DNA of 64,000 nucleotides from an uncultured virus (IMG/VR IMGVR_UViG_3300013132_000024) (lineage: Duplodnaviria > Heunggongvirae > Uroviricota > Caudoviricetes). The DNA lies in the IMG/VR virus record IMGVR_UViG_3300013132_000024; one strand, 5' to 3'. Shown here one piece after another: positions 56,295 through 64,000 of the stretch (its first letter is position 1; the number at the start of each line of letters is the position of its first letter). Under the pieces are notes generated by a model, which did not search any database, was not told the DNA's origin, and worked only from the letters and a program-made list of their open reading frames with translations. The translations under genes and the position numbers were made by a program.

Positions 56295-58502
56295 TTATAT
56301 TGTTACACTATCCGCTGTATCTGAACTATCAGCAGTTTCGTTTATTGTATCTGCCATAAAATATTCTAATAAAGTTGTATTAGCAGTATTATTGCTTTCT
56401 AATACATTTATTAGCGAATTATCTATAGTTTTTAACATATATTTTCCAAAAAGTTCGGTGCCAGCAGTATGAAAAGTATTGTATAAAATATCTTTGTATT
56501 TAGATAAAATTTGTGGGACTTTAATTTCATAAGAAAAATCTTGATAATAAAAACTGTCTTGTATATATTTATCAGAATTCAAAAATCCTCTAGTTGTAGA
56601 CCAATACCCTTTTCCACTACCTATACCTTTCTTTTTTACAATTCCTGTAATACTACTTGTAGTATTAAATTCTGATAAAAATGGCCTTAATTCTGCTCCT
56701 GTACCATTAGCTGTATCTATAGCAGCAGAAGGATCTATAAAATACCCAGATCCTGGTTGATTAACAGTAACTGATGTTATACTTCCATTACCATTAGTAG
56801 TTATAAAACCATTAGCTTGTGTACCTGATCCTTGATTTCCTATAAAATATACAACTTCATTATTAACATAATTTATTCCTGGTAAAATAATTTGAATAGT
56901 ATTAGAAATAGCCCCATATAAATACGCAATTACTTGTTCTCCGTCTAAATAACCTTTTCCTGAATCTATTAATGCTGTTGATTGTGCAATACTATTACCA
57001 GAAAATGGATATCCTACGATATATTCGTTCATTCCATGTATTTCACCATCAACATTATACATTGGCTCTTCGTATAATGCGTAATTAGATTTTAATATAG
57101 TTGGTGCTATTTTATAAACACCACTAGCAGAAGTATTAACAGGTGGATTATATAGTGTAATAGATGTAGTATTAACTACTTGTTTTATAACACAAAATTC
57201 TGCTGTATCTGTTGCTGTGCTATTAGTTTGCAACATAATAACTTCGTTATTAACGAAAAAATTAGTAAATCCCGTACCAGATCCTGTTACAGTATTAGAA
57301 TTATTAGCATAAGAAATAGTACCAGTCATTGTTGTATTTGACAATAAAGTAGATCTAGCAAAACAATTAGCTTCTTGTAAATATCCATTACCCGTAAATA
57401 TATTAGATAAAGATAAAATAGTACCAAACACAGAATTAGTATAACTTAATGTAATCCCTATATTTGATGCTAAATTCGCTGTAGGACTTCCTGGCATTCC
57501 AAAAGCAGAAGAATTTAATGTTGTTGTAAGATAATCTGCTATTAAATCTGTATTATATGTATATTCAACAACATTAGATAATGTTCCTACATTAAAAGCC
57601 CCATTTTGTCCATTTCCATCTGCATTATATACAAAAGTTAATGCATTAGAAGTATAACCGAATCCACCATCTTCTATATTAAAGAATAATATACCAAATC
57701 CTCTAGAAAGATCTGTTACTCTTAAATACCCTTCTATTCCATGAGATATTATTGTGTTATTACTTTTATGTGCAATTTTTACTATATCACCAACAGAAAA
57801 ATTTCGTCCCCCATTGATTATTTCTAAATAATCTAAAGAACCTAATACGGTTGGTGCAGTTTCTATGATACTTGTATTATTTTCTTGTCCATAAAGAACA
57901 ATTTTTTCACCAATATCAAAATCACCTCCAATGGGTTTAATATTAGTAATGTACAGTAAATTTAATATATTGTAATCAAAAAATTCATTGGTACTAATTT
58001 CTATAATAGCTCTTGTACCAGAATTAATTCCTATGATTTCCATTCCTTGTGCATTTATGAATTTTTTATTCGAAGAAATTTCTATATATTTCGGAACATG
58101 CCATGTTCCATGAGATAATCTTAATACATCTCTACCAGGAAGATAAATTTCTATGTCTTCATCATATATTAAACGGAATAAAAGTTTGTATCCTTGAATA
58201 CTGCTTTTTGATCTATATACATCTAAAATATGTTTTAGAAGATATCTTTTATTAATAATAACATTAAATGGTATACCATACAAATATTTTTTTTGAAAAT
58301 GTTCTAAAAATTCTTCTAATGTATTATCAATGTCTCTATAATCGAATATTCTTCTACTTTGATATATAGATTGGTTTTCAGATTCCATCCATTCATAATA
58401 AGCTTTCATAAATAATATGAAATTAGGTCCCTCTTCTTGATAGAATTGAGGAAATTGATTTTCAATAAGATTGCTTATTTTCTTTTGTATATTAAAATCC
58501 AT
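56295..58502 (-). CDS. gp7: Baseplate wedge initiator gp7-like
   Basis: FMKAYYEW, YRDIDNT, LLFRLIY, IQDSFYYQDFSY, HTAG. Confidence 0.75.
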   Translation of the reverse strand: MDFNIQKKISNLIENQFPQFYQEEGPNFILFMKAYYEWMESENQSIYQSRRIFDYRDIDNTLEEFLEHFQKKYLYGIPFNVIINKRYLLKHILDVYRSKSSIQGYKLLFRLIYDEDIEIYLPGRDVLRLSHGTWHVPKYIEISSNKKFINAQGMEIIGINSGTRAIIEISTNEFFDYNILNLLYITNIKPIGGDFDIGEKIVLYGQENNTSIIETAPTVLGSLDYLEIINGGRNFSVGDIVKIAHKSNNTIISHGIEGYLRVTDLSRGFGILFFNIEDGGFGYTSNALTFVYNADGNGQNGAFNVGTLSNVVEYTYNTDLIADYLTTTLNSSAFGMPGSPTANLASNIGITLSYTNSVFGTILSLSNIFTGNGYLQEANCFARSTLLSNTTMTGTISYANNSNTVTGSGTGFTNFFVNNEVIMLQTNSTATDTAEFCVIKQVVNTTSITLYNPPVNTSASGVYKIAPTILKSNYALYEEPMYNVDGEIHGMNEYIVGYPFSGNSIAQSTALIDSGKGYLDGEQVIAYLYGAISNTIQIILPGINYVNNEVVYFIGNQGSGTQANGFITTNGNGSITSVTVNQPGSGYFIDPSAAIDTANGTGAELRPFLSEFNTTSSITGIVKKKGIGSGKGYWSTTRGFLNSDKYIQDSFYYQDFSYEIKVPQILSKYKDILYNTFHTAGTELFGKYMLKTIDNSLINVLESNNTANTTLLEYFMADTINETADSSDTADSVTI

Positions 58503-60301
58503 TAGTTACTTTCTTCTGTAACTGTAATATTAACATTATATGCATCTATTAATAAAATTTGTGAGTTATTGATAATTATATCTTTTTCTTTAACATAAAG
58601 ATATATAGATAAACTGTCTCCTGTATAATTAGCAATATTTAAATTGTTTATTGTAACAAATCCAGTTTCATAATTTATGGTTCCAATAGAACTATTCAAT
58701 ACTGTTAAAATATTGTTAATATAAGTGTAAACATATAATATACCTTCACCATCATCTTCTATCTTTGATAATTGATAATTTGTACCATCTTCTGCTACAT
58801 AAGTGAAATAAGAAGATTCAATAACTGAATGACCATGTGTGTTATCATGAGATTCATTATTAAACGATATAGTATAAGAAGTAGGATAATTTGATTTAGG
58901 ATACAATTTCTTAATCAATCTAACTTCAGTATTATTTGATGTTATAGATTCATCAGAATTATCTATAGCACTAATAAATTTGCTATATCTAAAATCTTCA
59001 TTAAAAGATTCTAAATTTTCTTCGCTATAACTCATAATAGCTTGTAAAATTATGCTGTTTATATCAGAAGCATATTTAGATGTTGAATTTTTATTATATT
59101 GTACAGTAGATGTAATATTTAAATGAAAATAATCCGGATCAGTAATCTCTACCCTAGTTGGCAAAGAAATAAAATCGTTCATATAAGAAGAAATTTGATG
59201 TTTTAAATAGTCTGGAGCAATTAAACCAGAAACTGGTTTTAAACAAATAACAACTATACCATATTGTTTTGGTTCTAATAATTCACCACCATATACATTA
59301 ACATCTTCTATAACATCACCGAATTTACTAAGAATAATAGAACTATAATCATCTGAAGAAACAGCTCTAAGTTGTGTAGCGAAATATCTAGGAGCATAAA
59401 AACGTATAGATTCAATGTTTTCAGAATTAGACCCTCCTGAAGAATTGGCATTAACAATTATACTATCTACTGAAACTAATCCTCCATTTATAGGCCCTAA
59501 ATCTGTGCCCATAGATAATTCATATACACCACTGGCATCTGAACCTGAACAAAGTATATATTCAGCAACAATTAATGCCTCGTTTTGTGGTTTTTTCCCT
59601 AAAAATCCGTCACCAAATAATATTTCATATTGATTATTTTGTGCAGCCTGTACGAAATATACATTAGATTGAGAATTTAATCCAAATAATGTATCTACTC
59701 TATTATATTCTGCAGAATCTTGTTGATTATTTTCATATACTGTTATAACTAAACTATCTAAATCAATATTATCATTAGTTAATACAAATCTTTGAGCTTC
59801 GTTTGAATAATCAACTATAAACGAATTATTAACATAATTACCTTCAAATACTTGAAGATTATTGATTGTTATTGTTGAATTAGAAGTAGTATATGTAGAT
59901 TCGTCTCTAGTTACAAAATTATATGTTCCATTTGAATTCGTACCAACAAATATAGTATTTTTCGGTACAGTAAAAGGACTTAATGTAGAATCAGCAGATA
60001 ATGTTATTGTAACATTAGCAAAAGCAGAACTATGTGATCGTGGAGTATAATTTAGTTCTTTTGCATGAGATACAACTGTATCTAATTTTTGAGCAGAATC
60101 TAAAAACATTTCAGAAGCTACCATATTAAGATAAAAAGCGTTCAAATATGTGTTGTATGACATTACATCTAATAATACATTTATATTAGATCCATCAAAA
60201 TTATAATCTTTAAATACAGATTGTGATTTTAAAAATGTTTTAAATTGTTCTTTTAATGTATCAAAATCTAATGAAGTTAAATTTAACGAACTATTAGCCA
60301 T
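58502..60301 (-). CDS. gp6: Baseplate wedge subunit
   Basis: LDFDTLK, FKDYNFDGS, EMFLDSA, FGDG, APRYFATQLRAV. Confidence 0.95.
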   Translation of the reverse strand: MANSSLNLTSLDFDTLKEQFKTFLKSQSVFKDYNFDGSNINVLLDVMSYNTYLNAFYLNMVASEMFLDSAQKLDTVVSHAKELNYTPRSHSSAFANVTITLSADSTLSPFTVPKNTIFVGTNSNGTYNFVTRDESTYTTSNSTITINNLQVFEGNYVNNSFIVDYSNEAQRFVLTNDNIDLDSLVITVYENNQQDSAEYNRVDTLFGLNSQSNVYFVQAAQNNQYEILFGDGFLGKKPQNEALIVAEYILCSGSDASGVYELSMGTDLGPINGGLVSVDSIIVNANSSGGSNSENIESIRFYAPRYFATQLRAVSSDDYSSIILSKFGDVIEDVNVYGGELLEPKQYGIVVICLKPVSGLIAPDYLKHQISSYMNDFISLPTRVEITDPDYFHLNITSTVQYNKNSTSKYASDINSIILQAIMSYSEENLESFNEDFRYSKFISAIDNSDESITSNNTEVRLIKKLYPKSNYPTSYTISFNNESHDNTHGHSVIESSYFTYVAEDGTNYQLSKIEDDGEGILYVYTYINNILTVLNSSIGTINYETGFVTINNLNIANYTGDSLSIYLYVKEKDIIINNSQILLIDAYNVNITVTEESN

Positions 60302-60566
60302 GCTCTGGTGATCCTAGATACTTTATTAATTCTTCAGGAGTAGTTTCGTGTTTTTTAGTATTAAACATATTCATTCTAAAATCTAAATTTCCGTGTTTCC
60401 AACCACCATACCTAGAATGCATTATTTTTTGTCCTGTTTTAATATTAGTGTATAAAACATTACCTTCATTATCAAGTTCATAATCTCTATAACCATATTG
60501 CTTAGCTATATGATGAATACTAAGAGATTGTTCTTTAATTATTCTTTTTATTAAATTTAAACTCAT
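60294..60566 (-). CDS. Small hypothetical protein (paralog of 61012..61335)
   Basis: IKRIIKE leader; IHHIAKQYGY...GGWKH...TPEELIKYL. Confidence 0.6.
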   Translation of the reverse strand: MSLNLIKRIIKEQSLSIHHIAKQYGYRDYELDNEGNVLYTNIKTGQKIMHSRYGGWKHGNLDFRMNMFNTKKHETTPEELIKYLGSPEHG

Positions 60567-61012
60567 TAACGGATTCTCTTTAATACGAAATTAACTGTTT
60601 GTACTTCTGAATTATTTATTAGATTAAATGTTATTTTTATTAACAAAGTATTTTCTTCTACATATATACCTTGGGTTAAATCTAAAGAAGTTAATACCTC
60701 AACAGAAATTAAATTTACTCTTGGTTCATTAAGTCTTATAGTATTTTCTATGTAAAATTCTAAATTACTTTTTATCAAAGGAGTATTTAATTCAAATAAT
60801 GAAGCATATACATTACCACCAACTACTGGATCAAATAATCTTTCTCCTAAATTAGTTTTAATGAGATTTTTAAGAGATTGAGTAACTGCTTGTATATTAG
60901 TAACTCTACCTAATTGATTCCCAATAGGTGTTTTATCAAAATTATTTAAGAAATCGGAGAAAAATTCCTGGTTTCTCTTTAATGCGGTAAATGAGTCTGC
61001 TCTCGTTGGCAT
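60566..61012 (-). CDS. gp25: Baseplate wedge subunit
   Basis: AVTQSLKNLIKTNLGERLFDP.VG, NEPRV. Confidence 0.92.
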   Translation of the reverse strand: MPTRADSFTALKRNQEFFSDFLNNFDKTPIGNQLGRVTNIQAVTQSLKNLIKTNLGERLFDPVVGGNVYASLFELNTPLIKSNLEFYIENTIRLNEPRVNLISVEVLTSLDLTQGIYVEENTLLIKITFNLINNSEVQTVNFVLKRIR

Positions 61013-61335
61013 TATGGATTATGTATACTTTCTAAATATCCGTCTAATTCTTCTGGTTTAGATCCTGATTGCGGGGCAGACATATATACATTATTATATG
61101 ATTGATGCCCCCATTTTCCATTATCAATATTATGATGTATGTCATAATGCATATTAGAATCTTTTCTAGTGTATATAACCCAATTACCTACATTTTTAGT
61201 TGGAGACGTAAAATATCCATGTTTAGTAGCTATATCATGTATTGTTTGTGAAGGTTTTTCTGGTTTTGGATATACCGGCTCTCCTTTATCGTTAGTGATA
61301 AATTCTAACATTAATTTTTTGAAATATTCTTTCAT
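61012..61335 (-). CDS. Small hypothetical protein (paralog of 60294..60566)
   Basis: YFKKLMLE leader; IHDIATKHGY...GKWGH...KPEELDGYL. Confidence 0.6.
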   Translation of the reverse strand: MKEYFKKLMLEFITNDKGEPVYPKPEKPSQTIHDIATKHGYFTSPTKNVGNWVIYTRKDSNMHYDIHHNIDNGKWGHQSYNNVYMSAPQSGSKPEELDGYLESIHNP

Positions 61336-61349
61336 ATAATTTTCTTCTC

Positions 61350-62153
61350 TTAAATAAACGTTGTAGGAGGAGCTACAATACCACCACCTTGTACCTTGGT
61401 TGCACTACCTTGTGTTACTATATCACCACTAGAATTTATTGTTATACCACTAGATGTTATATTTATTATAGAAGAACCAACCTTTATTTCTATCTCTGTT
61501 ACTGATTCTATTAATAATTTAGCTCCAGATTTTACTCTAAATCTGCCTGTTTCCACTTGAATATCCATGTTCCCACCCTGAACATGTAATCCTATTTCTC
61601 CATCTATCATAGATATTTTATTTCCAGTAACAGATTGAGTTAAATCGCCTTCAAAATGTGTAGCAGTATTACCCGTATGCTCACTTATTCTATTGCCAGT
61701 AGTAGTCGTGTATGTATCACCATTATCAGCGTTATATTGTCCAGCATCCGAACCATTAACATTAGATTCTCCTGCACCTGAATATATGTTTCCTTTAGCA
61801 GAAGAACCTCTATCACCAGCAAAATTTTCTCTTAAAGAGCCTTTTCCTTCTAAACTTGCATTATCTTGATGCCCGTCTGTAGTTAAAGAATGTCCTCCTG
61901 AAGAATATTGTCTAACTTCATGATTTAACGAATTAGTTAATCCCTTTTTATCTTCATCAGCGGTTTCATTTATTTGAAATGAAGCATCATGATTAAATTT
62001 CTCAGTAAAAGATTCTTTATAATTATCAGGATCAGCATATATTGTTGTTGTTGCACCCAATATATCAGATTCTCCTCTAATCCAAGGATATTTTGGATTA
62101 GATCTTCCTACCTCATATGGTGCTTCTTCTAATTTTTTATTATACTTTGTCAT
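61350..62153 (-). CDS. Baseplate spike, gp5 C-terminal beta-helix-like
   Basis: PKYPW; (V/T)xG(N/D) octad-like repeats (TTGNR, HTGNT, FEGDL, VTGNK); lies upstream of gp25. Confidence 0.7.
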   Translation of the reverse strand: MTKYNKKLEEAPYEVGRSNPKYPWIRGESDILGATTTIYADPDNYKESFTEKFNHDASFQINETADEDKKGLTNSLNHEVRQYSSGGHSLTTDGHQDNASLEGKGSLRENFAGDRGSSAKGNIYSGAGESNVNGSDAGQYNADNGDTYTTTTGNRISEHTGNTATHFEGDLTQSVTGNKISMIDGEIGLHVQGGNMDIQVETGRFRVKSGAKLLIESVTEIEIKVGSSIINITSSGITINSSGDIVTQGSATKVQGGGIVAPPTTFI

Positions 62154-63339
62154 TGATTAATTCATTCTTTATAGAAGATATTAAATTTTCAATTTTAGCG
62201 GCTGTATATACTATATTAGATACTCCTAATGTTGAAGATAATAAGCTTAATATAGATCCTCTATTTAACAATTGTAAAGGTAAAAACGCAGAATTTGTTA
62301 TAGATTTTAGTCTTTTAATTTTTCCTATATTCAATTTATGCTGTTGAATCGTTGCAGCAACAGAAGCAATATTTAATACTGATTCGGGTAAATGATTGCC
62401 TTCTGTTAAATCTACCATAACACCAGCAATACCAGCAAATTGTGATAACATTGATAAAAGATTATTTTTACTGTTTTTTCCATTAGTTTTTTCAAATAAA
62501 TCATCTTGTATTTTTGTGCAATAAAAAATTAATAATGCAGACAATATTTCTACAGTAAGATTATTGTTTTTTATATATTTATTTAATTCATAAGCTAAAG
62601 CAAATTCTGATAGAGTATATATTTCTTGTTCTGCAGATTCAAAAGGATAATCTATAGATAATCTGCGTATATAACAAGAAATATCATTATCATCCATATA
62701 ATGTATATATCCAGGATAAGGATCTAATTCTTTAGTATAATATTGTTGTACATAATAATCCGGGACTTCTTGATACGAATTAAATAATATAGGAGGAATA
62801 GAAGAACTATATACTATTTCTGGTATAACGGATACAGGTATATTAGTTTTACCATACTCATTTTCTTTTTTTATAACTTCTATTATAGATTCAAATACTA
62901 TTTCTTGATATTCGGTTGATAGTTTGTAATAATTATTATTACCTAAAACAGTAAATAATCTAAACATAACAGTATCAAACGAATGTTCTTTTATTAAAAT
63001 ACAAAGAGCACCAGTAAAAACATTAGTAATAGAATTTTTTGTATAAGCAGCTGGTGAGGATGCACTGTTATTTTTTGAATTAAAACTTCTTAATAAATTT
63101 CTTACCATCATAAATTTTCTATACATATGAGGTAATACTTGCGAAATATTATTAGGATCAACTTCTCTCAATGCTTCTGGTAAAGATAATAATACATTAG
63201 CAGCTGCTAATGTTGGCTTATCTCTATGTTTTGCATATTTTTTACGTGCAACTTCTATAGCTTTTTCGCCAGTTGTATTCTTAATATATTTCTTTTTATT
63301 ATATTTTGAATTAGAAGGAGTTGCTTTTTTCGTACTCAT
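62140..63339 (-). CDS. Hypothetical protein between the gp5 N- and C-terminal parts
   Basis: 399-aa ORF coupled to both neighbours; no lysozyme motif recognised. Confidence 0.65.
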   Translation of the reverse strand: MSTKKATPSNSKYNKKKYIKNTTGEKAIEVARKKYAKHRDKPTLAAANVLLSLPEALREVDPNNISQVLPHMYRKFMMVRNLLRSFNSKNNSASSPAAYTKNSITNVFTGALCILIKEHSFDTVMFRLFTVLGNNNYYKLSTEYQEIVFESIIEVIKKENEYGKTNIPVSVIPEIVYSSSIPPILFNSYQEVPDYYVQQYYTKELDPYPGYIHYMDDNDISCYIRRLSIDYPFESAEQEIYTLSEFALAYELNKYIKNNNLTVEILSALLIFYCTKIQDDLFEKTNGKNSKNNLLSMLSQFAGIAGVMVDLTEGNHLPESVLNIASVAATIQQHKLNIGKIKRLKSITNSAFLPLQLLNRGSILSLLSSTLGVSNIVYTAAKIENLISSIKNELINDKV

Positions 63340-63806
63340 TATACACTTTCTGTTTCAATATCATTAGGTGTTATTCTTGGATTTAAAGGATTTCTACCAA
63401 TATTATCTTCTATAGATCGAGCGTTAGAAGGTAAATCTACACCTTTTTGATCTTGATCTACTGAATCAAATCCATCTTTATTTGAATCTGATTGTTGTTC
63501 ATTAACTATTGGAGGATATGCTCTAAAAAACGAACCTAATACAATAGGATATTGTTTTTCTGTATCTTCTGCAGCAAACATTACTGCTACTCTAGATCCT
63601 ACTTGTAACCCAGTAGGTATTACTCCTGCTTTATTTGTAGAAGCAGAAGTTATTGGCATTAAAGGCATAGCCCAAGGCAAATCGTCATCTTTGATATTTT
63701 GTTCATCGCTATAATCTAATCCATATTGTGGATAAAATCTTAACTTTACCCTTCCACTTTTAGAAGGATCATCTTCTATATTTCTTATTTCTGCCCAATA
63801 TATCAT
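63339..63806 (-). CDS. Baseplate hub gp5 N-terminal OB-fold, stand-alone
   Basis: DDPSKSGRVKLR, DDDLPWAMP, PTGLQVGSRV...F...QYPIVLGS. Confidence 0.85.
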   Translation of the reverse strand: MIYWAEIRNIEDDPSKSGRVKLRFYPQYGLDYSDEQNIKDDDLPWAMPLMPITSASTNKAGVIPTGLQVGSRVAVMFAAEDTEKQYPIVLGSFFRAYPPIVNEQQSDSNKDGFDSVDQDQKGVDLPSNARSIEDNIGRNPLNPRITPNDIETESV

Positions 63807-64000
63807 TCTCCACCTCTATCGTACCCACCTGCTTTTGTTACTCTTAGAACCATTTGATACCTAGGTACTTGTCCTATAGGATTAATAATATGCCTTATTT
63901 GTGTTATTAATACAGGACCACTAAATTGTGATTCATATAAATTAGAATCTGTTGATTTATTAGGAATATTAATTCTTATAATATTTCCTAATTTTATTTT
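63803..64000 (-). CDS. gp27-like baseplate hub, C-terminal fragment (partial)
   Basis: Manual translation: KIKLGNIIRINIP...FSGPVLITQIRHII...GGE*; ATGA overlap with the gp5-OB gene. Confidence 0.6.
   Translation of the reverse strand, partial: KIKLGNIIRINIPNKSTDSNLYESQFSGPVLITQIRHIINPIGQVPRYQMVLRVTKAGGYDRGGE

Noticed and set aside
1..64000. tRNA, rRNA, integrase or transposase genes
   Set aside because: None recognised; intergenic gaps are short and AT-rich. tRNAscan/Infernal were not run.

Overview
This is a 64-kb, very AT-rich segment of a T4-like myophage genome, almost entirely encoded on the minus strand. On the + coordinates, left to right, it holds: (1) replication and expression genes regA, gp62, gp44 and gp45; (2) an accessory block with a TET/JBP-type 2OG-Fe(II) dioxygenase, two glycosyltransferase-like genes, a MazG-like pyrophosphatase, an EndoV-like protein, peptide deformylase, an FkbM methyltransferase and an M15 endolysin; (3) a GIY-YIG homing endonuclease, gp46, gp47, gp55, uvsW, uvsY and gp3; (4) a cluster of putative internal head (injected) proteins; (5) the head, tail and packaging core gp23 to gp13, with an HNH intein in the portal; (6) a tail-fibre/adhesin region; and (7) baseplate genes gp8, gp7, gp6, gp25, gp5 and a gp27-like gene. 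Five observations stand out. First, uvsW is fractured into two genes around a decayed HNH endonuclease, and the new ends resemble a non-catalytic split half-intein (Hint) fragment. Second, there is a JBP-like dioxygenase plus glycosyltransferase DNA-hypermodification locus. Third, a late-promoter cassette of capsid-targeted effector-like proteins includes ADP-ribosyltransferase-like and HExxH proteins. Fourth, a gp38-like polyglycine adhesin is split cleanly into two in-frame genes and extended by four Gly-X-Y strands. Fifth, gp5 is divided into separate genes. All family calls come from visual motif and synteny recognition; no searches were run.
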